A DNA stretch of 20,000 nucleotides. It comes from Catajapyx aquilonaris. Lineage: Eukaryota. The stretch covers positions 47,804-67,803 of the forward strand of contig KZ538476.1 in assembly GCA_000934665.2 (NCBI GenBank), written 5' to 3'. Shown piece after piece: positions 1 to 12,370 of the stretch (the stretch's first letter is position 1; the number at the start of each line of letters is the position of its first letter). The translations under genes were made by a program, and so were the position numbers. The notes below the pieces were generated by a model. The model searched no databases. It had not been told where the DNA came from and saw only the letters and a list, made by a program, of their open reading frames with translations.

Positions 1-229
1 CACGGAAACAGTGTGGTGCTTCAAATTACTTGACATTACCATATCCTCCAATGCAGGTGATACAGTACGCGTGTTACTTTTTAAAAGAAACTCTCTATTA
101 TAATTAGTACAGTTACCGCTTATAAAAGTAACTAGTATAACATGTCAATTTAGTCGGTCTAAAAAGAAATTGAGTTAAGTAGCTACGTTTGAGTTACTTT
201 AAAAATACGGTTTGAAAATTTCATGACGT

Positions 230-460
230 AATAATAATAATAATTCATACCCCGTTATCAGCCTATCGGCTCTTTAGGTGGGAAGTTTTGTTTTGCCTGG
301 AACTCTTTGCTTTCATTTTACTGCGCTTTTTGGGATAGGATAGGGACGGAAGGAAGCGGCTGTGGCCTATTAATTACGGAAACAACTCCGGAATGATTTG
401 ATCCCAGGACCTCCCGATTAGCAGTCGGACACCATTTCCCCTACTCCAAACTGCTTCGGT
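230..460 (-). mobile_element. tRNA-derived SINE, copy 1 (internally deleted)
   Basis: Reverse complement aligns to 14760-15040 (about 9 differences over the 3' ~150 bp by eye). Short (TTA)n tail at 230-245. Perfect 15-bp TSD AAAATTTCATGACGT at 215-229 and 461-475. Lacks the 58 bp corresponding to 14827-14884 of copy 2. Confidence 0.93.
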
Positions 461-3400
461 AAAATTTCATGACGTCATGACATTCTGACAATAAATGTTT
501 CGTTCTCAGGTATTAACTGATCGTACTCAGCAGACATACACGTGTGCGTCGGCACAATAGATAACTATAAAATAGCTCTTAAATAAAACTTCATTTTCGC
601 CTTCTGAAAAAACTGCATAGGAATAACCGTGCTGTACAGTTCTCGAATTCCTGCGGAATAAATCAGAACATGTACGAATCATATTTCACCTGGTCCTATT
701 TCCAGTCACAGTAACTGTTGAGATAAATTATAAGTCAGATGCGGAGCACATGCTCCCTCCAGCAGCATCTATTGTACGGAATTCAGGCCACAAAATAATA
801 CTATTTGAAAAAAGTATTGGTTTTCGCGTGTTTGTTCTCTATGCGTTCTATAGATGTGGCTGCACTCTTCCTGCCAACTCCTGAAAAGGCGAGAAAAAGT
901 TGAAATTTGGCATGCAAGTTGATCGAAGAAAACAATAATGCATACAGTATAAGAAGGTTGAAGGAGAACTTCAGAATATACTGAAACGCGTCGAGAAGAA
1001 CCGACTTGGGAGAGGGAAAGAGCAAAAAACATTTATAACATGTCAAGTGGCTGCAGAGATGTTTTAATAACTTCTGTTGATGTCTTAGACTTCACTCTTG
1101 ATTCTCAGTACGGCTTCATTGAAAGAGCTGGAACCAGACACGGAAAAACTTATCAAATTAAAGTTTTTCCGTCACTAAAATAGTTGGAATTGAAATCATT
1201 TTTCTCCCCCTTTTTGTTCCCTCTTTCTCCGCTTCATCGATTTTGCCCCATTGAATTTCAACCCTTCGCCATTTCGCTCCTTTGGCCTCTTCGTCATAGA
1301 ACCCCTTTGTAATGTATAAGAGTGAGCCGAGAGTCCCAATACCTCTTTTATTTTTGGGCCTGCTATGCCCAAAAGATTCAGGTCGCGTGCGTGTCTCTCT
1401 TGCTGACATAACCAAGAGGGTGTGTTTTTAAATGCAATAAAAGACATGCTTTATTGCCTTTTTCGTTTGCTTGAAGTGGAAATGTGGACAAAGGGGCGAA
1501 TTAGTTGCATTATTAAAATATTTTAACAACTGAATTGAATGGGTACCATCATTTTTGTACCTTCGTTTTATAGGCAAACATCGTGGACACTGCACCACTT
1601 CAATTATCTGGGCAGTTAACTACCCCGAGTAGGTCAGGAAGAAAAAGATCCAATGACGTCTCCTCGAAGAAGAAACCTCTCTCTGGCACCACCAGCAGGA
1701 GGATCTCCACTTGTTATACCCTATGGAAGGTACTGTACCTCAATTTCTCATTATGCACAAGTCCTGGACAAGAGCGAAACTTTTGTCTTTTATACTTTGT
1801 TTTTATTTTTCCCAGTGATAGGCCTCCGTGGGCCTTTTTGGGGGGTGGCACACCACCATCAGTTTTCTAGTAGGCCTATATAACTTATATACTTTTCCTT
1901 CAGTCTCCTGTGCAAGGAATCAAGGACATTGAGTAGGGTCTGCTTAATTGACCGGTGTGCGTGAGCGAATAGCTGATAGCCTATCTATAGCAGAATAGAG
2001 CTACTAATAGGTGTCCAATTTCCTTCAAGAAAGTGACAGTAATTAAACAACTGTACTCGTAATAAAATAGTGAAATATAAACGTAATGAATTCAGCACTT
2101 GTAGTTCTGCAGAAGCTTCATTTTCCTCAGCCTCTGACGGGAAATCGCTTGAAGGTGATTTGATTTCAGGTACACAGAAGACAATAAAACGCGTCGTGGA
2201 AAAGCATCGCTCCCTGACTTAACGAACTTAACGAACATTTTCTCCTGCTAATCGAATTATGGAGGGGTCGATGACTTAGTTGAAAATGAGACATTTTTGG
2301 TCAGCTGGGGGATAGCTTGGTGCGAAGCTTGGGAGAGAGCATATGAAATATATGAAACAAGCGAAGCTTATTCAACATCTCGGACTTCATCCACCTAGAG
2401 TAGTGCAAATATCACACTGCTACTTTACAGCTGCCTTACAGTCATTATTTCTGGCAAAAGTCTCTTAAAGTAGGCATTACAGCAAATTGTATGATTTTTT
2501 ATGAGCACCTGTATACTAACTGGACGTACGTAGGTTGTAGGCTACAATCATTTGATGGGCCAGGTTAGGTAGGTCCCGTTAACTTAAACTGCGACATCCC
2601 CACTTTAATGTTGGGCTCTAACCATTTGGCTAATATTTCCGATGCAACGCGAAGGTGAGAAATATATGCGGCCGTGTAAGTGTGACGACATTTGTGATGG
2701 CATGTCTCTCTGAAATGGCCGGGCACTTTTGATAGCACTTGCATGAATTGAATCTATTTCCTTTAAAGAAAACGAAGGTATAAATGAATCAATATTAATT
2801 AGGTAAAGGTACAATGTGCTGTCCCAGTGCAGCAAACGGTAAAATACTTATACAGTATATTGCTTTTCAAGAACAGTACTACACTTACGCATGTCATAAA
2901 GCGAGGTAATTAAACCTAAGCACTATTATTTAAAAATTGAGTTTTTGGATCGATATTTGCAAAATGGTCAAAAGTATGGTAACGACAGTTATTTTCCAAC
3001 CATAATTTATTTCCTACATTCTCTAACCAAATGTAAGGCTATTAATACTCTGAAAATCACATTTCAACAGAAACTTTTCCAAGTAATATTTTCCGTCATT
3101 ATCGTTACTACCGATTTTTAACAATTCCGAATGTGCTCAAACATGACTTTTTATTATAAAATTTTTATAAGCATACTTCCCGCAAAATTTACAATGTGGG
3201 AATACAGTTTCCATTTACAAAGTCTTACACACTTTCAAGTATTACAAGTAAGAGTTTTAAAGAAAGCCGTACCACTAGAATTTTCATTGTTGCAACATAT
3301 ACTCGTAGGTCATTACTATTAAATTGCGCCATTACCGACTTTCCAGGGCCATGTATTCAAATTGACAAAATACTTATTTGAATAAGATAATTGTATTTGC

Positions 3401-4140
3401 ACATGATTAACACTAAATTTATATGGAATGGGATATTGGATTACTTCCAATACTGCATCATTTCTATCTCCATAATTTAGAAAATAATATTGTGAAGCAG
3501 TAATTTGACTCCAATTTTATGATAAACATATTTAATACTACTCTCACCCATGCAAAATTATGAAGATGGTAATTTTATTTCTATATTGCTAAAGTGGGGA
3601 AATGGTGTCTAACATTTGTATAAACTTACATAGGTAATAAGAAAGCGACGTTTAAGGCATTAAAATTTTTATAATAAGTACCGTAGCAACAATAATGACA
3701 GAAAAATTATTATCTTGTAGCGTTTCCGTACGAAATCTGTACCTTTAGCAAATATTGACCCATAAACAGTTTAAAGCTATCTTTCCTGTCATCAGTACGG
3801 CAAACTGCAGAATCAACAGACTACAATTACAGACTCTAATGACGTCAGGTTATTTTGATTTCAGCCTATAGCGAATAATTCTCGGTCACTTGGAGCATAC
3901 ACTAACAGGATAATGCACGTGAAGCAACGAAAGCTGGCAATTAAATTGAAAGTGACGAACCGTAAGTTTCTAACCTCGATCCGTCTTTCAGATCCCATGT
4001 TATAAGCATCACCATACCTATTCATAGGTACGGCTTTTTTCTGTCGCTCATATAGAGGTGAGGCAGAGAGCTATGGGTAGGGTAGATCTGTTCTTGTCTT
4101 CAGTAAGCTGTGGGACCGGAAGTATGTGTTTTTACTGTAA

Positions 4141-4367
4141 CCGTGGGGACTACTGTCCCCGCAATTTCTCTTGTGGGGACATTTTGGGTTTCCGCATCTT
4201 CACACACCAGAACGTTACCGTTGTAGTGGGGACATGTCCCCACAATTTCGATTTGCAGGGTTTCACAAAAGTCCATTTCTCTCAGCATAGGTTAGTTAGG
4301 GTAGGTTAGGTTAGGTTAGTTTAGTTTACACTATCTTCGAAAAGTTGAGTTTTCAACGTCCCCATAG
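4141..4367. repeat. Cluster of GTGGGGAC/GTCCCC motifs plus degenerate (TTAGG)n tract; probable MITE remnant
   Basis: GTGGGGAC at 4143, 4173 and 4226; GTCCCC at 4155, 4236 and 4358. Perfect 18-bp palindrome GTGGGGACATGTCCCCAC at 4226-4243. TTAGG-like array at 4288-4328. Element ends and TSD not resolved. Confidence 0.55.
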
Positions 4368-7334
4368 CTTATTGAGCGCAAGTCTCTCTGTGTGGGTGCG
4401 TGTGTGTGTGTCGTGGGAGGTGGATGTCGGGGGCATGATAGGGGGGTGGGGAAGTAACTCGCTATACAGTATTTCAGAGAACGCCTTTGTAGTCAAAGGG
4501 TAGGCCGATAAGCCCTACTATTAATTGGATCACGTTCAAACTTAAGCTATTGAATCCTCTGGTTAGGTTGTAATATACAGAATTACCCCATGAGTTGTGG
4601 ATCATGTGCGCGATTTTTTAGCAACTCTGCCCTCTGTAATGTTACAAACACCCAATTCACGGAGAAGACCTCCATGGTCCAGCAAGTAGACCTATTTATT
4701 CCTAAGCTGCGTCAGCCATTGTGTAGGCTACTTGTTTATAGGTAAATGTATCCATATACAGTATTATGCTGCAAAGGTTATCTTTGGAAATGTAACTGTA
4801 GCCTACTGTGAATATTTGGCGTGACAAATTCATTGTGACTCCACATTATCAAAGCATACAATTTCAAGGTAAGGTTATATAGTCATCCACAGTCGAGTAC
4901 CGCAGTTTCCAAGGCATTTTCCGATAGGAGTGGAATGCCAAGTTTTAATTTCAAGCCAACTTTGCAGTTTGCGGTGCACGAAGAAGTGAAAATTAATGTG
5001 AGGCAATATTTACTGTACCAATAGTAACTCCAGCATTGAGCACATGTTTGAAAGAGCAGAGGTTAGATCAGGGATTGACATTCCACCTCTCACTTGAGGT
5101 CAATTTGACCACACCAGTACTATTAAGTTATCGCATAATTTTTTTGTTATTTTTTATATTTATTGTTTTTAGCTGTGTATAGTTAGGGATAAATAGTTAT
5201 TTTTGGAAAAGATGCTCGATTCCAAAATTGACAAAATCAACTAGAGATTCACCTTTGAATAGCCTACCTTGAAAGAATGTCCACTAAAATAACTACTACA
5301 TTTATAAAAAGCAGCTTATAACTAATCGCTGATAGTTCAATTGGAACACCCTGTTTATTTGTTCCCTATGAAAACCCACCTTTAAAAAATGTGAGCGAGC
5401 GGTGACAAATTATGCAGAATTTATCGTTGCCTCAAACGACCGATGTTTTTTTGTGGGAAAGTGATGCCACAGTGGGCAGGCCTAGTTGCCGTCATGCCAA
5501 ATTAATGTCATAGTTTTGTTGTTGGTGCAGATTTTTTTCAGCTCTGATGCGCACCTTACTCTCTAGAATTGGCATCATCCACTATCATAAATCAAACAAC
5601 GTCATTACATTCATCCAGCATTTTGATGGAGCTTTTATGCATCAACACAATGACATTGTTCAGTCACCCCAATCTTTACGTAATTATTTAATGAAAGCAA
5701 TTTCTTTATTACTGCATGCCTATAGTATCATTTTGGCTGTAATTTTTTTAAATAAAATTCCACAAAAATCAGCAGCCTCATTATATGGCGCTAATCTTCA
5801 CAAACTACAGGAAGACACTTTGAAGATTGTTATCAATTGCTAGAAAATCAGCAGTGTTGCTAAATTAATATTACATCATTCTACAGATTATATTCCTAAC
5901 AATTTATTGGATATTTCTTTTGGAACATCCTGGACGTTTTCAAATTATTGATCTTACTATATGTAAAAATCATATTTGCATTTCGCAAGTTTAATGATTT
6001 TTCGTAGTTTGAGGTACTTGTAGCCTCCAGCTCATTAGGTTCCCCGTTCACAAACACTCGTTGCTCTGACAGTGTTATTGAACAACCTGCAGATAATTTG
6101 CAGAAAATATAATTATTATATTCCAATTAGAAAATGCGATTTATGGAAACAGATATGCGCCGCGTTATACAGTAATACCTTTCAGGTAGAAAAATACGTT
6201 ACAAAATTGTGTTCTGAATAACTATGATTTTAATGTACTCACAGAACCTCTGGAATTCTGGCAGTCTATTCAGGAGGCGTATACTCATCCAGGTCACTCG
6301 CAATCGACAGTCGATTGNCATCCCCATCTTTTTTCTCGTGACTGTACTGTACTCATTTTGCCTTCGTCGACCATAAATCATGCCAAGACTGGCAAAGATT
6401 TCGAAAATATTTAACGTTTCGATTGGTGCTCATTACTCATCATACCTTCTCTGCATGCTTGAAAACAACAGCAACCTCAGACAACTATATGACATGTAGA
6501 GCTTAACGTCGTAAGTTAGGACCCATGACAAAGTGGCACCCAACTCACATCTTGGGAGCTAAGAAAGTAGAGGAAAGAAACCTCATCCTTTCGTTAGTGG
6601 AAGAGTGGGAATCCGAAATTGGAGATTTTCTACTGTAGTCTACAATCGGATTCCGTCCTACAGGCTCGACAAAGCCGGCGAAAAAAGAGGGAAAAGGATT
6701 TGGGACCGATAACGGTTACAGGACCTTCATTAGTAATACGACATCATACGCTACAACATTCATTGTGCTGAACACTGCTATTTTTTTATTTGTTTCACCA
6801 GCAGATATAACAATTGCTGGTTAGAAAAATGTGCCCCAATTGTTATTGTACGCAATATAGATTTAAAAAATCGAAATCAGTCAGCCACGTGCTATCACTC
6901 TTTTGAAAAGTGGGAAGTCGTTGTTTCTTGCCTCCAGAGAAGCACTTTTTTGTAACCCATTTCCCCTGTCGTGTGATTTAAAAATAATTAATTTGATTTC
7001 GTCCACGGCTTTCCTCCCTTGTGACAAGTCGTTGAAAACAAGCTAACCGGAAACGAAGAGCCATCTTTCTCTCCTTTGTCATAAAGCAAGCCACTAGAGA
7101 TTTGCCGCCAAGTAAACTTTTTTCCCTGCAATATCAGAAGCGATGTATCGTTCCTCCCACGAGCCACTAGAATTCACTTTTAATAAAGTATTGCCCGGTC
7201 ATACATGTAGAGGGAAGTCCCACTCAGATTGTTTCATGCCAAACGGTACACATTTTCTTATGCCAAATTACGTCACTTTATGATGTCAACATTACTCACA
7301 TCACGACTGGGCCAGGAAACATAGATTTACTGTA

Positions 7335-7895
7335 CTATCGGGTTCAAATACCTTTGGCCATTTTATCCTGGTCTTGAAGCAACCGTTCACACACACACAG
7401 CTCCTTAAAGGGACACTCCACTCAAAATACAAGTTGGCCCCCAAAAATCGGGCAAAAAATCCTGATTCCGAATGTGCAATCGGTTTTTTCCTACGCCCAA
7501 CGGTAACACGGAAAATCATATATCTACAAACGTGGTCTGCTAAGAAGGGCGATACAACAGCATCTCGCGGCAAACCGGAGAAGTATAGTGCGCATTGTAA
7601 ACACCATGCTGCGCCAGGATGCTTTCTCTAGTTCCGCCCGGTTCCACTCTGGTGGCGTCGCCACCTGCGCCCACCTGCCCCGCGCGCGGTTTTCGAACGA
7701 CTCACTTCCAGCTTTCACACTGGCCTTACCGTTCGTCTCTAAGAGAAACCGCTTCTACCCTCGGAATCAGGATTTTTTGCCCGATTTTTAGAACCCAACT
7801 TGTATTTTGAGTGGAGTGTCCCTTTAACGTGGGGTATGTGCGAAGGGTTGCTTCAAGACCATGATAAGGTGGCCAAAACTATTTGAATCCGATAG
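7335..7895. mobile_element. Palindromic TA-flanked MITE (Tc1/mariner-type signature), ~142 bp of its own sequence, split by a nested insertion
   Basis: Arms 7335-~7395 and ~7835-7895 are ~60-bp inverted repeats (CTATCGGRTTCAAATA...TGGTCTTGAAGCAACC, ~9 mismatches). TA flanks at 7333-7334 and 7896-7897. Confidence 0.85.
7409..7823. mobile_element. Non-autonomous Kolobok-type DNA transposon (415 bp)
   Basis: TTAA TSD at 7405-7408 and 7824-7827. Termini AGGGACAC...GTGTCCCT (purine-purine start typical of Kolobok, unlike piggyBac CCY). TIRs 7409-7471 and 7761-7823 match 59/63, the first 29 bp perfectly, with weaker symmetry for a further ~35 bp. No transposase ORF. Confidence 0.88.
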
Positions 7896-9323
7896 TATAT
7901 ATATAGAGCAAAATAAGGATGGTTTGCCAAATACCAATTAACACTATTTGAAGCCGATTTGTCATTAATATTAAAAGAAACTTACTTGAGAGGGTCAGGT
8001 GCAGCGGATTCGTCAGGTAAACACAGGACAATATACACAGCATCATAATGAGCTCTGCTGCTGTCCTCTAGCTTATCTTGACTGACAGAATAAATTAAAA
8101 ATCTGACAGGGCATTGAAAGTTGGCTCCCAACGCCTTAGGTGCTGAATGTAACTTAATGAGCTCCCCTCTTTGTTCCCATGAACAAAGTATCACCACTAA
8201 ATTCCGCATGAATAATTTTTATATATCACACATGCAAAATGTGTGTGGGGGGAGGGGAAATATTCAAACAAAGAGATGACCACTACGGCGAGTTGATGCA
8301 TCGCTGAAAATTTCATTTTGTCGTCCTTTGTCATTCGCGAGTAGGGCAGTGAAATGTGACAGGGTACCACCTCACGCTCTTCGCATTACTGTATTCGCTG
8401 AGTTGAGCATCTACATCAAGTTTTCTGTCCAACTTGGATGTGGTAAAAAAAACCGGTATGAAAACTTGCGAGAGTGCTGAATACCAGCAAATGTAGGAAG
8501 CCATTCGTATGTTTTTGAAGCCCAATGCAACGTGAGTTGACGACAAGCTCTTCTGATGCCCCCAACAACCGCACGCGCCACTAAAACTCTTATCGCATGC
8601 TCGTCTGACGTGGACAAACTCTAAATCATGGATTTTTCTTGGCCCTACCTGTAAGAGGATAATTCCCTAAGTTTGTCACAGAATTCATCTGCCATATACA
8701 CATACTATTATGGTACTCAAAAGCCTTGGGCGATTTTGTTGAAAGTCAACCTTTTGCCTCACCCTATACATAAAGAAGCCAGAACGATCTAAGCATGTGG
8801 AAAAAAAAGTCCAATAGTAGAAAAAGTTCCACTAATGTTGATGTTGGGTGAAAGAAACGACCGTCTCGGGAATGTTGGAGACGCGCTGAAGTGAGGTGTC
8901 GCAAAGTTGAAAGAAATCGCAGGCCGAAAGGGTCTGATTTAGGCGGAGTGGAGGCCGGATTTTAATGCAGAAGGGAAATGGCTGGAATGGCGGCTTTCAA
9001 ATCCGGAATTCCCCGGGGATTCTACAGATAAAAGGCCCTGGACGCGTTGTGGAGTCTGGAGATGACGCATGAGGACCGTTCTCTTGGGGCCTGCTTGACC
9101 ATCCTATGCACGTCACACTTTTTTATATAACTTCTCCACCCCCTCCTCTTTAGAACTAGTGTGTATAGACCGCGAACTAACCATCTTGATTTTTTGCCAA
9201 AACCAGCAAGGCGTGGCACGTTTTTTTTTATAGCTCATATATCATTGCAAGGATAGGGGTCTTCAAACTAGATTGAGATAAGATGCTACAGATCGACCAG
9301 CCGCATAAGGCATGGGTCCTATA

Positions 9324-9522
9324 CGACATTATCTGAATGCCACTCTCTGCATAAACCCAAACTTGATAACTTAGGACGATAAAACTCTTGTCAAGAAGTG
9401 GAGTTGTCATGCCACGAATTTTATCATATATGTAAGAAATGACAACTCGGCTTTATTTTTGAAAGCATCTTAAGCTCTAAACTGATATGGATTTTGGTAG
9501 TGGGTGGCATTCAGATAAGGTG
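9324..9522. mobile_element. Decayed palindromic MITE (~200 bp), superfamily uncertain
   Basis: Perfect 15-bp inverted repeat TTATCTGAATGCCAC (9329-9343) / GTGGCATTCAGATAA (9504-9518). Inner 10-bp inverted repeat GAGTTGTCAT (9401-9410) / ATGACAACTC (9439-9448). Degenerate symmetry between them. Exact ends uncertain. Confidence 0.72.
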
Positions 9523-11358
9523 TTAAATTTTATAATCTTGTATTACACTCTAAAAATGTATGTTTTTCCACTCGCTTTGAGTGATTTTCACTTTTCATCC
9601 ACTTGATTTGACCGCCACTCGTTTTGAGTGAAAATAACTGGAGTCAATATAGGTGAACCAATTTTAAAAGTCTGCATTTTTCAGGGGGGGAAACCCAAAC
9701 TGCGGTATGATGATGACAAATCGGCTCTCCCGTGTCTCATATATGAAAACTATGACGTCACAGGCTCACAGCATGTGCTCAGTAATGCAGATAGTAATTT
9801 GCAGATGTGCAGCTTTGTGGAGGTGCCACTTTTGCGGCTCCAAATTCCTTTAGGATTCAAATACTCCAGGCTTTTTGAATATTAATGCAAACCTTTTACT
9901 CTGATTTCATGATATAGGTTATAATGTTAGAGTGGCGGAGATTAGTGGCTAGTGTTAGTTAGACGAGTGAGATTTTCTCTAACTGAGGTACATGCAAAGA
10001 GCCGTGCTTGCTTAATCCACTTTAGCTATAACCTACACATAAGTACTCACCAGTAGTGAAGCTTGATCTCTATTCGGCGCATATAATTCATGGCAGGTGA
10101 ATCTCATCCACTCTCAACCACTCTAAATTTATCACTTGAAAACTCCAATACTGTTGTCTCATTCCCATTTTGCATGACAACCACATTGCAAATAACTTTC
10201 TGAAGCGACTTTCTGAAAAACACTTCTTATTTATTCATTGTGAGACTGAGACTCAAAAGCAACATCAACAGTATCCTATTTTGTGGGATTAATTTTTTTT
10301 CTTCTGAAATATTGAAACCTCTCACGCCTTGTTTCAGCTTGTCATGCACAGCTGGTATATTGATGGGAAAGAGAGGACCATGCCCCCGCTGACATGTTTC
10401 TGGAGAGAGAGAGAGATGTGTGAAGGGTGGGAGGGAAAAGAGGAAACAGCTATAGTGGCGGCACAAAGGCATAGGACGAAGAAATCGACAGATACACTGG
10501 TATCCTGACGAGTGTTGACATTATGTTGAAGCCTAAAAATCTGCTATAGTGATCCATACACATCTATCAAGACCAAACATCAGCATAGACTGGTGTGAAA
10601 TTGAGACAGAATGAACGTAACAAAGCACCGCGAGAGGGACATATTTCAGGTGGATAATTATATCGCATGACCTAACTCTACATTCTCTACGCGGATAATG
10701 AGGCAACCAGAGATTAGTTTCTCATCCGTACAAAATCAGATCGGTCCATGTGCCATAAAGGCATTTTTTGTCAATCAATTTTTCCGTGTTTGACTCATTA
10801 TTATTGTGTACATTACCATGCACTCGGCTTTGATCCTCTGGAATGTATATCAAGTTATAATGATAGCTATTTCTTGCAAAATAACTAGAGTTGCATGATC
10901 TAAATGTGATAGGTAATAACTCTGTGATTATATACTTGGTATTGATGGAGTCCGATGTAAGACTTGACCACAAAGATGAAAAACAATAGAATTTCGTCGT
11001 GTATACCGTACACTGTCGGTGATCGGAAGAAAGGCAGAAAAAACCGGAATAAGAAAGAGGGTTAGGAAGCAGCAGAGAAGGCTCTCTGTCAATTTTATGT
11101 TTCGATTTTCCTTCCTTCTATTTTCTAGCGGCAGGTGAAAGCCATTTTTGAATTCACTCTTGCCAATGCCAAGAGTCTTCCATATGATCCTGAAAAAACC
11201 TTGCACTTATATCCCAAATCATGTTTGAAATGGGACGAGAGAAACACACCAGTGATAATATTACTCGGAAAATAAGTCATTTTTACAGGAGGAAGACAAA
11301 CTCCTTAAAATCGCTTCTAAACTTTCACAATGAATCGACTCAGAAAATTATTATCATA

Positions 11359-11400
11359 CAGTAGGACCTCCGTATCCGCGGGTCTTCACGTGGATGTTCA
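11359..11400 (+). mobile_element. Orphan pogo/Tigger-like MITE terminus
   Basis: TA|CAGTAGGACCTCCGTATCCGCGGGT resembles the TA|CAGT...CCTCCGTATCCGYGGGT termini of Tigger-type MITEs (recalled pattern). No partner TIR seen downstream. Confidence 0.5.
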
Positions 11401-11411
11401 AGCCCCTTACA

Positions 11412-11637
11412 TCTATATAAATAAAGACGGATGTGATTCTGTCTGTCTGTCTGTCCGGGACTGTTCGCCTGCCATCTGTGGTCAGCCTCCTACACCTCAA
11501 ACCTCTCCCGTCCTTCCGACCCGGCCTTCCTAAAAGTGTCATGGCGGCTCTCCTGCGTGAAAATTTTGACGGGCTACAGGTATAGGTGTTTTCCCTTCAT
11601 TCATTTCTTCCCGGGCAACGCCGGGTGCCGCAGCTAG
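11412..11637 (+). mobile_element. Non-autonomous Helitron (226 bp)
   Basis: Inserted between host A (11411) and T (11638) without TSD. 5' end TCTATATAAATAAA. Internal (CTGT)n microsatellite at 11439-11455. Subterminal GC hairpin CCCGGGCAACGCCGGG at 11610-11625. 3' end CTAG. All canonical Helitron hallmarks. Confidence 0.92.
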
Positions 11638-12370
11638 TAGATGATAATCAACAGTTAGTGTGAAATTCACGCGAACAATAATAGTTTTCAACGTGTGCCA
11701 GTATTCGGCTCCATCAACAATCGAATTCCTTCTATAACAGCAATAAAAATTCAGCAGCGACTCACTCCCTTGCATCATTCATCTGCGTTGTTGCCTATTC
11801 ATCATATTTGCAATTCTGACTATACACATCCAATCTGATGCATTGGAGTGTGTAGTGTAAGAGCCTCCAGCTTATCAGACGTGTTTCAATGGCTGCACTT
11901 GAATTATTTCAATCCCTCACATATCATCACCACTATACCTCGCTTCTTTGGTTAAAAAATTCCTGCATCAAAAGATCAATTCCACGAGCTCGACCAATAA
12001 TTTTGGCATCCTTCATGCTACTCTCTGCTGAGAATAAAATGTGCATAATAGGGAACACTAGTCTTCTGAATAGACCTGCAGTTTTTTTCATTACCGTATA
12101 TGCAATACTATACAATTCCAAGTTTCCAGCTTGGTGATTGAGAGTGGCTGGTGTTAATGGACGGCCTTCACATGCCTGCTTTTCCTCATGGAATGCTTGA
12201 ACGTACTAGATGCAGCGCAATTTTGGATGATTTTCTCATCGTCGTCGTACATTAATGTAACAGTCATATTCCAAGAGTCTACGGAAGAACAAATAAAATG
12301 TCAAATGTCAAATGTATCGAATAAAATGTCTGGCAGTGTGGAGTTCCTTATAAGAAGCAAGCAGGGATGT

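Noticed and set aside
71..200. Repeated GTTAC/GTAAC motifs suggestive of a hAT-type MITE interior
   Set aside because: No termini or TSD visible in the window.
4141..4250. CRISPR-like repeat-spacer array
   Set aside because: Repeats are only 8 bp, in both orientations and irregularly spaced. Eukaryotic context with no cas genes.
4288..4328. True telomere or chromosome-fusion site
   Set aside because: Only ~40 bp, degenerate, single orientation and internal to a repeat-like context.
5342..5354. GGAACACCCTGT, Tc1/mariner-like right terminus (similarly TACGAGGTC at ~15732)
   Set aside because: Short orphan motifs without a partner TIR; chance matches cannot be excluded.
6495..6720. Possible solo LTR (TGTAG...GTTACA)
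   Set aside because: Flanks (TGACA vs GGACC) do not form a TSD. No PBS, PPT or second copy.
7301..7810. Cluster of overlapping 63-90 aa ORFs
   Set aside because: They lie in the GC-richer interior and TIRs of the nested non-autonomous elements. No transposase motifs.
8383..8495. Degenerate palindrome centred near 8425
   Set aside because: Only a ~12-bp imperfect stem with weak outer symmetry; insufficient to call a MITE or pre-miRNA.
8841..8960. Possible decayed RTE-type LINE C-terminus (..RLGNVGDALK*GVAKLKEIA..EWR)
   Set aside because: Resemblance is faint, interrupted by stops and lacks a tail. It would need a TBLASTN/RepeatMasker hit.
9544..10140. Element starting TACACTCTAAAAA with scattered CACTC/GAGTG motifs
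   Set aside because: Looks like a decayed DNA-transposon remnant, but no matching right terminus or TSD could be fixed.
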